Shown here piece after piece: positions 27,901-62,007 of a stretch of DNA of 64,000 nt; the first letter of the stretch is position 1; every line of letters starts with the position of its first letter. The DNA is taken from contig CM022678.1 in the NCBI GenBank assembly GCA_012295275.1, positions 4,464,001 to 4,528,000 on the forward strand. Reading direction: 5' to 3'. The translations under genes and the position numbers were made by a program. Source of the stretch: Chrysomallon squamiferum. Taxonomy: Eukaryota > Animalia > Mollusca. The notes beneath the pieces were generated by a model that did no database searches, was not told the DNA's origin, and saw only the letters and a list, made by a program, of their open reading frames with translations.

Positions 27901-28763
27901 GACTTACAGCTAGAAATTAACTGCAGTTTGTGTTACTTGGGACCAAGCGTCAAGTAACTTAAATGCACATGAACTACATGATGTCTCCTGTTTAAGAATT
28001 AATTAATCTTCTCCCATCGGCCACTGTGCAAAAAAAAAGTAAAAAAAGGACATGCTGCAGAAAATCACCAATCAGTTTTAACAGGTGTATATATAGTTGA
28101 TATACTCAGACAATAAAAATATAAATAGCCTAGCCATCACCACAAATAATATGTGACTGCTTGTTCTTGACACTGTCAAAGCATTGATGGCTGACTCTTG
28201 AGCTTGGCATGACCAAGAGTCACCACCAGCATCCCATCGTCCACTTCACTGTTCATACCTTGCGCCGAACAAGATGCCTCGTACAAATTGTACAGTTATT
28301 GGCCTTTCTAGGAATATTCATCCCTGCATCACAACTGGCTGTCCATCATCTTGCATTACAAATATATATCTAATGTTGTCCAATGGCCTGTTGGTTTTCT
28401 TGCATACAATCTTGGTCTTTGGCTAAGCTGAGGTGACTGTCATAGTACATATTTGTCATTGCATTGTCTCCATCTCCTATTTCAAATATGTCAGTGTTCA
28501 GAGGAGTTAATATTATATCTGTAATGATACTGTTGATCCAGCATAAAATGCAGCAAGAAGTTCTTTATCAAACATGAGGCCTAGATTGTAATTTTCCTTT
28601 ATCATCAACATAATCTATTATTTTGCAAAAATAATACTAATAAACCCATTAAATCCTGAACAAATCTTTATCTTCAGCATTGACTAAACATTTTAATTAA
28701 TTATATGATATGTGATAACCTAGCTCTTAAATTAATTACCAGCCAATTTTTTTCACTTCTTAT

Positions 28764-28800
<37 letters not shown>

Positions 28801-30563
28801 ATTTATTTTTGTTAAATAATTCCTCCTCAACTAGTGTTCTTGCATTACACTGTCACTGGATACATCGGTACAAGTCTTCTTTATACTGGCAGTTTCTGGA
28901 CAATTTGTGATTGTTATTACTGATAAGCTGACATCATCAAAATAAGCACTAGCACATAGATCATGTTCTGGAGTAGATGAATAATTTAGTTGGAATACTA
29001 CCTATTACTTCTGTTGCCACACACTGTTGCTGTCTCAAAGTGTGGTTGTGTTTGGCCAAGCCCAGACATTTTTAATTACAGTATGTTCCTAGGATTATAT
29101 GAAACATTTACAACGTGCTTTCTCCTGTGTTGTCTTGATGTAGTGTAACAAAACACTCATAATAACTATTTTGATGTTTCAGTGCCAGACTAGGCTGTAT
29201 TTTATTTTCTAAATACACTAAACAATTGTCCCTATGAAAATAGCTCATAATTATGTATCATTCATAGAATATATCCATATTAAATATATTGTTTTTCAAA
29301 TAAATTTATTTATCTTGCATTGTTGTAAACTAAAGACGTGACACCAGATATGTCTGATGTCATCCTTGTGGTCTCTTGTTACATATTCCATCTCAAATTA
29401 CAATGAACGGTTGTAAGGTCTATCTATAATCATTACTACTTCTTAACCTGTTTATCTCTGTCATTGAATGGGTCATCCTAATTGGTAAAATCCTGACAGG
29501 CAGTAAATGGTTTCTTCTCAGATGTATAAAAATGATGCCAGGCTGAGGTATACACATGATATAATAGCTACCTATTGACACTTCAGTTCCTTTTGTTAAG
29601 GTTAGATATAACCACTGATGATGGTTTTTCCATTATTTATAAGGAACTTTCAGTACTTCATTCCAAGACAACAGTTAATTTTATACAACAGCAAATTATT
29701 AAAATTAAATCTGTAATAAAATTTATCAGCTACAGTTTGATATATATTTTTCTTTATTTCTTTATTGTTTTTGTTAAATATGGTTGATCTGTTCTCCAGA
29801 GAAGCAGAATAAAAACTAGAAATACAATCACCTTTTATGTGAATGTTGCTCAATATCTGTAATATTGGATTAAAAAATACACGTATGTCTCTTCATATTA
29901 TTATATATGATTCTTCTGTAATGTCTTTGTATTCTTGCCTGAGAATTTAATAATTCATCTGTGCAGAACAGAATCCACATAGAAGCTGAATAAATGTTAA
30001 TGTTAGTATATTACTTAAATTTATTATTATTATTATTATTAAAAACAGAGTTGTATGAAATTAAAATGTTACATTTTTATATCAGTTATTTGTTTGCTGT
30101 TTATGAATAATGTTTTTGTAATAAAAGATATACTTGATGTTATGTGTTTGTTATTATGTGCTAGAAACAAGATTATTATTATTATTATTATTATTAGAGG
30201 AGATGGATTTTTTTTTTTTTTTTAAATATACCTTTATGTGAAATATGAATGATGGGGAAATAACTGACTTCACTAATTATTTGATACACAGAACACACCC
30301 ATACAGTTTTAAATTTTTTTATGAGATGAAATACTGAAAGCCTGTAAACCATGCTATTACATTTTTTAAATTTTTTGAATGTTTCGAGTGACTGGTATGC
30401 AACTTTTTAATAAATTATTTCTGTATGTCATAAATATAACAATGTTTTCACATATAACACAAATAACACCATTATTCGTTTTGTTTGTTTTAATAGTTTC
30501 TTGTATTATTTTTTGGAAAAAGAAAATTTATCACAAGCTTTATTATATGTTTATATATCAATA

Positions 30564-30597
<34 letters not shown>

Positions 30598-31628
30598 TTA
30601 AATACAAATATATTACAGCAGAATAATATTATATTCGTTGTCCATTCTGTAATAAATAATAGATGAAATGAAATAGTATTTTCAGTATTTAAAAAAATAA
30701 ATAAAGTAGAAAGACGAAAAAAAAAATTACTTCCAATTATTTCGTTAATCTTCAGGTAATCAAATTCTGTGTAACATGTCACTTGTTATTATTTTAATAC
30801 TTAAATAATAATAATAAAAATAAATACTGAAGTTATTTCTTGATTAAAAACATGCTAAAAAGAAATTGTCACTTTTCTATCAAAATTAAATAAAATAAAA
30901 TGAGCAATGTTCCAAGGAAATTCTTAACTACAAGTGACATTCATATAAATTATTACATCCGTTATTTAGTATCGTCTGACGGTATCATAAAATCGGATTT
31001 ATTTTTGTAACGACTGACTAAAAATGTCCGATGAATTAAGAAAAAGTTTCTCTTCAGCAAAATGGCGCTTGCCAATTGTTAGATTAATTCGAACTGATAA
31101 AGTTAAAAGAACATTACTCTGTAAAATTTCATTTAATTAGATTTTATTTTGGCTGCTGCTTATGTTTGCATAAAATTTGCGCCGTTTAAATTAGCTTTAT
31201 TACATAAAATTTGCGTCATTTAAATTAGATTTGTTACATAAAATCGGCATTTAAACTAGCTTTGTTACTTACATAAAATCGACGCCATTTAAATTAGTTT
31301 TCTTGTATAAAATTGGCTCAGGCCTGTAAGATATCAAATCAAAATATCGGCAAACAATATAAAAATATAAAATTGGCACTGTTCTTGTGAATGTTTGTAT
31401 ATTAAAGGTTGGTCTAATCGTGTTATATTAATCAATATATTTGGTTATATCGCACTCTCGGTCACTCATCGTTTTCTATTTCGTGAAATTAAAACTTCAT
31501 TAAGCTTCACTGCACCCGAACTGGTTACATTTCGTTGCGTTGAACGTACATCAACCACGTGACCGCATCTTTTATTTAGAATAGTACGTCGTGATTCCGT
31601 AATTTACATTTTCACACGTACACGTTCG

Positions 31629-40985
<9,357 letters not shown>

Positions 40986-41465
40986 TATTGGAATGAAGAG
41001 AAACTAAAACAAAATCATCTATTTGTTTACAATAACATCCAATTAATGCTAGTGAAAATGTTATACGAGACAGAGAAGTCGTTCGATCGCTTCCTAAGTC
41101 GTATTGATTCCGCACGGCGAACACAGGTGACCGATAATCAAAAGCAAAAATGAGCGGACGAGTCTATTGTAGTTCTATGGTGGGGTGAGACGTCAAAGCC
41201 AGATAAACATTCACGAATTCTGGCCACTGATTACACCTCCTTAACATGTTTACCGACGTATAATATCAGATATAATATGAATTAGTCAGTGTAGTAATAC
41301 GAGATTACGAAGATCTATAAAACGAGTGCAACAAAAGGAGTCTTAAACCCCTTAGTAATACGCCACAAAGCTAAGATTATTGTTGATCTCTGAAACGAAA
41401 AGGGAGATAATTAAAATATTCTTATCAAATTTAAACGAATCGTAATTTTTTTATTTCTGCTCTCT

Positions 41466-41515
<50 letters not shown>

Positions 41516-41933
41516 CTACATTACCATTGCGTGTATATTTTTGTTTTACTTGTTCGGTAACAAATATAATGTAATTTTATTCTCTTAAACACGCTAAAAC
41601 ATGAATGTGTATATCAGGTTTTCCTTGGCTCGGTACCCAGATACAAATGTCACACAAAATGTTTAACGGTTAGAGATTAAAATCGCAGGCAGGATGTAAA
41701 ATTATATTTATAATCACTACCATGTGACGATGTAACTTCCGGTTGGGGTGTAGGTGGCGGATCCACCTGCGTCTTAAGGGTCTCTCTATCTCCTATTTAT
41801 TGTAAATGTGCACTTTTGACACCTAATAATTAATAACAAATCAAAAAGTGTTCAGAGTATAGTTAAATAAAACATTTCCTTCCATTACATTATTAATATT
41901 CACTTTACAAGTATAGTTTCATGCGACTGAGAT

Positions 41934-41991
<58 letters not shown>

Positions 41992-42667
41992 TGATAATAA
42001 TAATAATACAGTAGTAGTGGTAGTAGTAGTAGTACTGGTGATGATGATGATGATAACATTATTGTTATCATTATCATTTATTTATTTATTGACAGTTATT
42101 TACAGCGTCCATTTATATTGATCTACTGCATATTTCAGTTATTTGTTTAAAGTTGTTTATCTATCTGTATATCTATAAATCTATATATCCATATCTATAT
42201 GTGTATATATCTATATCTATCTATCTATATATATCTATGTATATATCTATCTATCTATCTATATCTATATGTGTATCTATATGTAATAAACATTCATCCA
42301 TATCATATAAGATATTACGATACAATATTTTGCCTTCGGAAAAAAAACGACAAAAAAAAACCCACCAGAAAACAAATTTAAAAAATAAATACAAAATTCC
42401 ATAATAATAATTGTGTAATAATTCGAAATAACATAAAAATACTAATACTGCTGCTGCTACAACTACTACTACTACTGCTACTATTACTACTACTGCTACT
42501 ACTACTACTACTACTACTACTATTACTACTAATACTAATAATAATAATAATTTCCTGAATAATTTAGCGTATTACAATGGACGTGTTTTGTAAGTAATTA
42601 TTATATGCCTTAGAGAGTTATCTCACCCTTTAACATAGATGGCAGCACATTGAGAACGCGTGTTAAT

Positions 42668-42692
42668 TCTTTTCGTTCGACATTTTGGATCG
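42668..42692 (+). promoter_or_regulatory. RPLP0 TCT/5'TOP start and non-coding exon 1
   Basis: TT-C(+1)TTTTC at 42669 is followed by the donor TCG|GTAAGG at 42692/42693. The exon 2 acceptor TCTAG ends at 43245. Confidence 0.7.
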
Positions 42693-43289
42693 GTAAGGCG
42701 TGCGTTTCTTGCTCCTCATATATTATGATTTCATACAGTTACTAGAAACCTTTTCTTAACTGTTTTAATTATAAATTAACAGAGTAATACGTATTGTTTT
42801 TCAAGATCTAACGGGTTAATAGAAATTAGATTAAATAAAGGGTTGAAAAGTCCAAAATGCCTGAGAAGAATAAAATGAAAACACGTGTTTCAAGATGGAA
42901 ACTTTAAAAAGTAACCCAAAAGGATTTTACAATCATAGATCGTATTGTAACCAATATTTAACATTTAAACACATCCAACATATTATAATAATTATAGCAG
43001 GAACTTTGAATATTTGAAAGCAAAATACAGATGAAAACTTAAATCTTTCATTTGCCCGGTTTATCTACATCCGTAACATTGCTGATACAGTGATACACTG
43101 ATAGCAGTTTGCATATATTCTGCATGCACCTACATATTTTATTTTTCCAGTAGATACATATTTCATAATTTATTGGTTAAATTTTTTAAAGATCATGCAC
43201 ATTTCGTCACTTGATTCCTTTCATTTAAATTTTTTCTTTGTCTAGGTTCTATCTTTAAACAAGCTTAAGCTATCCCTGATTCCACAAAG

Positions 43290-53025
<9,736 letters not shown>

Positions 53026-54479
53026 AGTTGTCTACCTTCACTTTTGTTCAAAATGGTGGAATAGACAGATTTGACAAGATTACTACATCCCTAAAAAAAA
53101 AAATGTTCCAGTAGCCGGTTTGACCATATGGCATTGGACATAAATAATAATAAAAAAAAATTAAAAAGATTAAATGGAGTTCTTTATTAATTTTAGTTTA
53201 AAAAAAAATCTTGTTACGGTAGAAAAATATCTTGATTTTTGGTGCAAAAGATTTATGTAAGATGTAGCTTCTAATGCTAGCTTTACTTATTTGTTTTTAT
53301 ATATATATTTGGTGACATTGCACGTAATTCATGAAAACTGGTAAATAGGATGACTAACAAACGTATTGTAATGGTCAAGAACAGCCACGCAAAGATTTCA
53401 CTGGTTCATTCTATGGAGGTTAAATTTTAATCGTATTCAAAATCTGAAATGCGTCATAAAAGTGGTTTAAAGTTGTACCTGTAAAGAGTGTCCGTGAAGA
53501 TATTTGCCAGCGTGTCTTTGCTGATATGCCACAATATATTCAGCATGCAGTGGTAATTTGAAACTGTTTTTGGGCGTCCAGTCTTAGTAACGAAGTGTGA
53601 CACAAAAGGCGTACAGTTTAAAATGCATGGACGCCACTAGTACGCGACTGGGCTGCTATTCAGTTGTAAATGGGTAAAATGACGGCGTCAAGATATTCTG
53701 CATTAGTATTATTGCAGCTTGATAGATCGCTCAAAACAACTTCTATTTAAAAAGTGTCCTGCGCCTTTTCTTCGTGAAGCGAAAAAGTCGTTTACCTTTC
53801 AGAATGTTGAGTAATCTTGACGGTATGTAAATTAGAAGTGAACAAATGCGCTACTTACTGCATTTTTAACACCGAAATCAAATGCTTGTTCATTCACAAT
53901 CATTTGTATACGTTTTTCTCTAGAGACGGGATATCTGTTACACAAATGTACTCTCAGCGGGTATCATCTTGCACGATAAAAGCAGTCTTAAAGAAGTGCA
54001 ATTAAACACCTTCAAATTGCGCAATGTGAAATTACGTAATGCAATTTTGTGTAATAACTGAACACCTGCGTATGCACAAAAATGTGGCTTAATATTCTGG
54101 TGCAGTAATTGATGCGGTGTACTAGCAGGTTTATGTGAAACAGGTCCGATAACTGACACGGTAAATAACACGTTATGCAAAACGTACTCGTGCGTGGAAT
54201 ATTAATTCTAATTTAAAAGAAGTTCATTTCATTGTCGAACATAAATACTCGTTCAGACGAAACCTTAGAAATCTTGTGGTAGGGAAGATCCAAAGGTGCT
54301 ATAGCGAAACCCCAACAACATATTGATCAAAGTACATGGTATGTGCTGTTCAGTCATCCTTGTCTTTATAACGATCCTTTGACGCTAATCGTAATAATAA
54401 GCGATAACGAGTTTCCTTTCTAATTAGCGTGCTTGTTAAATAATATAAATGACGCCACATTAACTGTAGATATAAAAAT

Positions 54480-54720
54480 GTCAAGAAACAAAAGCATTTC
54501 TTTTCAGTTATGCTCACTCCCAAGTAAAATCAGGGAGGCTGAAACAACAACTACATTCAAAACTCCACTAAAGACCCATTTCTTTCAAACCCACGTTGTT
54601 AATATTATAGCTGTTTTATTTTTTCCAATTTTAGTGTTTAAGTTTACACTAAAGCACCCTTGAACTTACTTAGTATGGAAAAGGTACTCTATAAATACGG
54701 TATAATAATAAAAATAATAA
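54480..54720 (+). mobile_element. 3' end of an L2/CR1-type LINE
   Basis: It translates to SLPSKIREAETTTTFKTPLKTHFF, a typical ORF2 C-terminus. An AAGCACCCTTGAAC...GGAAAAGGTACTCTATAAAT tail and (TAA)n follow. Confidence 0.7.
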
Positions 54721-55481
54721 CTTCTTCGTATCACCATTTTTTTCTTTCTTATGTAATAAGCATTATGTTTTGAAGGACAGTATCCAGGGCACCTACGTCT
54801 ATCCACCATTTTCTCAAATCCTCAATCGGGCTCTGAAGTAAAATTCTTGTCCTCGATACATCGATATCCGTTGACAATATTTATCAGAAAATGTTTTACG
54901 AACGGCTTAAACAATCAAAACGTGTGTGGTACGTACAATAACTGAACTGTCGACATTCGTGTCCAATCACATTAACAATCGTTAGAGAGAACGCGCGGCG
55001 TGTTTTACGGTCGTAACAAAACAGATCGCGAGTAAATTGCTACCTGTGATAATTTATCCGGGGTGGCAAATGTGTCCAGTGGTGCATGAAAACGTAATTC
55101 GATATTTTAACAAACTTGTCGATCTGTCTGTGTCACAAAATCCTTGTCATGCGAGAAGTAGTGACGAGATTAGCGTGTTGGTTTCTTATTTATTAATTAC
55201 CAATTATCGTTATCGTTGTTATATTATTATTTATATTGTTATTGTTGGTGGTGGTGTTAATTTTATTTATTTATAACTGCTCTAATTGTTAAACAATTAT
55301 GTTAGGCCTATTCATAACATTTCTTTCTTTTTCTATTTTCTTTTTTTCAAAATTGGTTTAACTGATTAATAATTAATTGCTTAATAAATGGCAGGTGTTG
55401 TATTAGTTATCTGTTAAACGCTTTAACAATTTATCAGTTAGAAACAAGATATCTTTACACATATCTCTTAAAAAATATATA

Positions 55482-55520
<39 letters not shown>

Positions 55521-55553
55521 TAATTAATAAATAAATAAATTTAAAAAAAAAGC

Positions 55554-55589
<36 letters not shown>

Positions 55590-55820
55590 TTAAAACAACA
55601 ATAAATATATCCATAAATAAATAAATAAAATATCTCGCTTTTTTAAAAATTAAATTCAGCAGGGCTTTATTCAGAATAAAAACAGCTTAAAAGGCGAGAT
55701 TATCAGAAACGATCCTGCCATGAATTATGCATACGGTTATCGGTTTTAACTTCTCCTGTTTCACGTTATACTCAGAACGCTATATCACTGGCGTATCTTT
55801 CGTATAGTGGTACGTGTACA

Positions 55821-55869
<49 letters not shown>

Positions 55870-55904
55870 GATGATGATGATGAAGCAAAAGAAGAATTGT
55901 AGAA

Positions 55905-55957
<53 letters not shown>

Positions 55958-56323
55958 AGGTACAGTAATTTCTCAAATCATAATACCGATACAACGTAGA
56001 AGGTTACTTGAAATCATTACGAGCATACAGATGATTAATGATATAATCATCATTTGCTGTGAATGTCGTTAGATAAATGTATTCAGAATATCATGTCTTA
56101 GATCTGTAATCATTCTTTGTTTATCTGTCCGTATGTCTATCTGTCTGTCTATCCATCTATCCATCCATCCATTTATTTTTGTTGTTGTTTTCGTTTTGAT
56201 AGTGCTGGCTGTGATGGTGCTTTTAAATTGTTCATTTTCACAAGACAACAATGTTGATTATAATCTTTCATGCTGTGTATATAGATAGAAATACAGATAG
56301 ACGATCAGAGAGATAGACAGACA

Positions 56324-56387
<64 letters not shown>

Positions 56388-58363
56388 CCTAGCTACATAC
56401 ATAACAAACATATATGTATATATATAGACATGAGAGGTGAAAATGTTTTCCGCATGAGTCTTTCTCTCGTCATATTGAACACATTATTTTCAACTCCCGA
56501 AAGTTAAAATAACCTTTCTTACTTATTTCTTTGTCACCGTTTTTATTCCCTGTATTTCAGACCTTTATTTCAATAAATCTTTATTCGTACAGTTTGTCAA
56601 TGACAATGTATTTCAAAATCACGACGTCGAAATGAATGAGAAGTTTTCGCGGACTCCGTGTATAGGTGCACCCATACGTAACGATATGAATATTCATAGG
56701 GTCGCGGTCCTTAACAACGACTGTGTGGGTCTGTCTCGTTAAGCCTACACTTACATCGTGGGAAAACAATCAAGGCTTGTAAAAGTACTTTGACTCACGC
56801 GCTGGCCGCGTTTTTGTTCAGTAACAATGGAAACAAATTAGTTAACAGAAAGGCTATAGATCCGATTCCGTCATAAACATTTGGGACAAAAGGCAGTTTT
56901 CTTACTTTCTCACGTGAAAAGTGTATACAAAGCATATTTTTTACGATCGTTTCAGGCTCGGCTGTATTTATTCACGTACAGCAATGTTGACAGTGACAAT
57001 CCGATACTGTGCGAGATAAAAGATAAAAATATTGATTGAAAAAAAAAAAGATAGCGGTGAGTATACTTCAGTCTGTCACTGTTGCCAGGCATGTCGTATG
57101 TACGAGTCGCGACAATCGAAACTGTAGACGGATCGTACACGTCTGATACCAGTTAAGTCGTAACAATTAACGTCCATTGTGGACAGCAATACGTTAGTTA
57201 CTTCACGCTCAAGGATTATGGATACAAATTTGTTTGTTTAAAAGATTCACGAAGTGTGGGGGGAAATAATAAATAACGACAATTGAGGTGTTGTTTCTAT
57301 TTTGTCGTATCAAGTTTACACTGCCATACATGGGAAGTGAATCAAACGACTCTAAACGCGTTTTGTCCAGATTATAATTACGTGTTCACCTGTGTTTGTG
57401 TAATTGTAGACGTACATTCTATGTGGATTAAACCTGGAATTTGTTAAAAAGAAAAAAAAAAGAAGAGTTCACGACTGGATAATTAAAAATAATAATAAAA
57501 TAACTCTAAAGCAAGAAGACTAGGATTAGCGGTCATTGTATTCATTGTGTAATTTGTTCCGATAATATTTTTCTAAAAACATCAGTTTCTATGGTTTTAG
57601 AAATACAGCTACTGTTACGTCCGCACAAAAAAAAAAATATCACGTCTTTGTGAATTATTATATAAAGACCATACTGTTTAATCCTTTTTCAGCCAAACAA
57701 CAGACATAACTAGCCTTCAGCAACATACGTCATTCCATTTCAACGTTTTGTACAACAGTCAGTACTTGTGCACCTGGATCGAAGGCGAAGTCTTAAGACC
57801 TTTACATTTAAACTCTCAGCAAGAAGCTTTTTTTCTTTTTTTTTTCCCTCTTGCCATTGTTTGATCATTCAGTATTGGGATTTGCGTGGCAGCATCGTTT
57901 AGTAATCAACATACCTGCAGAGCGATTATCGATTTGTGTGATGAAGCAAATTATCCGGCAATTATTGTTTTATTTCTACATCGGTGGTGCTTAGTCCACT
58001 AAAAAAGGAAAGGTTGTGTTGTGGAAATTCTTCCAGTGTGAATTTTTAGTTTTGCTAATTTTCTGTAATTAGTTGTTTCTATTTCAGATGTGTTTTCTTT
58101 TTTCGGGTTTTGTTTTTTTCTTCTTCTTTTTTATTTCTTAAAGGATGGTAAGTTGTATTTTTAATTGAAGATCGTTTTTTATCTTATTTTTTTATTTTAT
58201 TTTGATTTGATTTGACACTTGATGCAAAAAAGAGTCCAGAAAAATAAAATAAAAAGTTAAAAGGAGTAGAAAAAATAAACAAAAAACAGAAAATAGATGA
58301 AACTAGAAATAACACATTTTTAAAACATTCTTCTAGTAAATTTTCACGACATTTTCTTCCAAC

Positions 58364-59302
58364 ATGGCGTCCGCTTACCTGGGACCGGAAAGTCACAAAC
58401 CGCTTTCGGTCATTTCCGAGAGCTTCCAGAAACGTTACAAACTCCCGGAGTTCGGCGAGTGTGAAAAATTCAGCTTCGGACCGCAGTACGAAGAACGAAT
58501 GTACAAGCTCATTCACAAATACCTCGATCTGGAAACGGTCGACAAACTGTGCTACGTGGGCGACAACAAGGGCAGCATCGCGTCTCTCCTCCAGGAGAAA
58601 TTCGTTCTGCTGGAACCGGTCACCACGGTCGTGCCCGGACATTTCCACTACGCCGAGACGGGCGGACACAAGATGCTTCCGATTCGCATTGCGCATGTCG
58701 GTGCGGAGGAGTACTTCCGTCAGCTGGTGAAGGAGAACAAAGCAGGAAAGCCGACAGTCTTCGACAAGGTGATTCTGAAGGAGGTGGTGCGGTACTTCAC
58801 CAATCCCGAGCAGTTGTATCAGAACGTCCTCAGGTGTCTGAGCGAAAGGGGGAAATTACTCATCATTCACAGAGCTGGCTCGTTGACGACGCTGCCTTAT
58901 TTTAAAGACGCCAAACAAAGGTTTGTAATCATCATCATCATCATCATATAATCTTATTCTTTTTTTTTTTTTCTCCGAAAGCCTAAGCCAAAGTCATATA
59001 TATAAAAGAAATGTACTGAATCAAAATCGCCATCGTTCTAATCATTCACTTCATATCATAATAATAAAATTTACTTCTTCATCTTTATCGGAATTTACGT
59101 CATCGTGAAAATCATCATCATAAATTTACGTCGTCATAATCGTCATCATAAATTGACATCATCATCATCATTATGAAATGTATTTCTGTTTCATTCAGTT
59201 ATGCTTTGTTCTGATCATCAAATGTTAAATTTTGTTATCATCATCATCATCAACATCGACATATTTTTTATTCTCATTAAATATTACACATACACACATA
59301 CA

Positions 59303-59334
<32 letters not shown>

Positions 59335-60131
59335 CACACATACATAGATACGTACATACAAACAAACATACACACATATAATATATACATCTATATATAG
59401 TACAGTACAGAGTAATCTGTATTATCTGACATACTATGGTATCTAGAACTGTTCAAAATTAAGTCTTGTCGGCTTTCATAGTAAGTACGCTGTCTTGATG
59501 GCTTCCTTTTAGAGCATTCAAAAATGTTAATTTAATATATATATATATTTTCGTTTTGTTTTGTTTTGTTTTGTTTTATATCTTCTTCTCTTTTTTTTTC
59601 TTTTTTTTTTAAATTAATATTATTGAGTGGAACGAATTAACGATAAAGAAGTCTATCTAAACAAAACACATGACATAATATGAAGTGTGATCTAATATTA
59701 TCTGGAAGGAAGTAATAAATGTTAGTTTGACTCATAACTCCATTTATTGTGTTCTGTAATGATAAAGAGTATACTCCTGCCTCTATTCAAATTTAAAACA
59801 ACATTTTAACTCTGGCTGTTTTATTACCTTTTTCAAGGTCGTTATAAATTCTTAACTTAAAAGATGTTTGTCATATGTAAAAATTACGATTAATCTAATC
59901 AGATATGGTATAAAATTAAGTATTTGCCTTAAAGTTTTTTTCTTAAAACGTTTTTCTTATAACGTAAATTCCTGAATAAATGCTTCCATATCTTTACTCT
60001 CTTCCTTTATTATTATTTTGCTGTTGTTATTACTACTACAATAACGACGAAGACGACTATGACTGCGACGACTACTACCACTAGTCTACTGTTATTATTA
60101 TTTTACTATTATTATTATTACTATTATTATG

Positions 60132-60167
<36 letters not shown>

Positions 60168-60618
60168 ATTTGCCGACAACGAACCCCCGTACTCAAACAT
60201 CATCAAGACTCTGCAGGGCTGCGGCATGGACGTCCAGTGGGAGCTGGAATGTCTTCCAATAGTGATGCCGAAGAGGAAATGGTTTTCGATGATGAAAGAA
60301 AAATACCCACCCCAAATGGACCTCTTGAGCGACTTCGAGGTCGTGTCGGGCATGCGCGAGTTGTCCGAAGGCGTTCTCAAGTATTCCTACGACAACGATC
60401 TCGTGGAATTCGACGACAGGCTGCTGTTCATCACCGCGACACCGTCTCACTTCGAGCAAGGGTTGCCGTCGGTGTTCAGGTTTGGCGAGAACCGGGTTCT
60501 GCCCACGCCTTCGCCACGTGACCTTCGATTAAGCATGGATCTCACGCCGGAGATTAGCGAACTGATAAAACTGAAGGCGGAGAAAATGAAGCAGATAAAA
60601 CCAAGGCCGAGAAGATGA
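58364..60618 (+). CDS. Uncharacterised class I SAM-methyltransferase-fold protein, 335 aa; exons 58364-58920 and 60168-60618
   Basis: Two GC-rich open frames are joined by a phase-2 intron AG|GT...CAG|A. Motif-I-like LCYVGDNKGS, motif-II-like FDKVILKEVVRYF and motif-III-like LSERGKLLII are present. Confidence 0.85.
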
Positions 60619-61409
60619 TTGCGTTTTGTTTTAGTGATTAAAGATAAACAAACAAACAAACAAACAAAGAAATAATAAAAAATGAAAAAGAAAAAAAGTA
60701 AAAAAAGAAACAGATGCAAAAAATTTAAGAATTCTAAATAAAAATTAGAAAATGAAATATTTATATTATAGACAGTGAAAAACAATTACAGATTAAAAAA
60801 AAAAAAAAAATTAAATGTTTGAGCGATAGATTCTTTTGGCGAGGTTATTTTAAACGAAGATGCAGTTCGACAAATGTCAGCAAAGAATAAAACTGTTGAA
60901 CATTTTTGTCTTAAGTCGTTAAGATCCAAACCCGGGTTTAGAATTCGAGAGACTCTAGGCTGTCATAAAACAAAAACAACAACAAAACATTATTCACAAA
61001 TAAAATCTGTCGATAACCGTGACAAACATGTCTATCAACTTTATCTTTCATTTTCAGATCTTAAGGCCCAGTGCCGGATTTACAATTCAAAAGACTTAAA
61101 GTTAAAAAACGTTCTTGGAGTCCCAAATATATATATATACATATATTGTCAATTAAAATACTTCAGCGTTCAAAATGATTGAACGTAAGTAATAATAGAG
61201 ACATCGTTACTATAGATGTTCTTCAGATACGTAGCCGTCCATGCAGTTGTGGTAATGGGCTTTTGAAGACTGTAGAAGTTCTTGTTATACAACTGTAACA
61301 ATTGAATTTTCCACCATTCAGTCGTTAAGCCATAAACGTATCCAGATTCCATGGTGGAATCGAGACATCAAGTTCTTCAGATGATCAAGTATAAAAAAAA
61401 AATGAATGC

Positions 61410-61640
61410 TGTGTGTTGGCTTCTGCAGCTTATTATTTCTCTGTATAAATATTAACACAATATTGTTGCATCTACTCGGAAAGCTTTGGCATTTTGAGCA
61501 TAACAGTATAATCAGTGTTTTAAGTTCTTTTTCACATGAGATATGAGATTATGTGGCTTCCGCAGTTTATACATTCTCTTTATTTATCAACATAATATTG
61601 TTGCAACTACTCAAAAGCTTTGGCTGTTTGAGGATAGCAG
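61410..61640. repeat. Imperfect tandem duplication (~135-bp unit, 2 copies)
   Basis: TGGCTTC.GCAG.TTAT...ATATTGTTGCA..CTACTC..AAAGCTTTGGC occurs twice. Confidence 0.7.
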
Positions 61641-61967
61641 CTGAGTTAATGTTTTTATTAGGAGGCTTCCACTTGCAGTTAAGAGAATATCTGGGCAAAC
61701 AATCCGGTTTTTTTTTTTAAACTGGACTGTTTCTTACAAAAACTTTGTGTAATGTTAATTCTATTTTGAAAAAAGTTTACAGTCTTCCTATCGTTCTCTC
61801 TCTCTTTCCTTCTTTCTTTCTTCTTCTTCTTTTTCTTCTTCTTCTTCATCTTATTATTATTATTACTGCTCTACTACTATACTAGTTATTAATAAGCATA
61901 ATTATTGTTCTTCTTCTTACAATGTTACTATTATTAATATGTATTATTATCATTATTACTGTTATTA

Positions 61968-62007
<40 letters not shown>

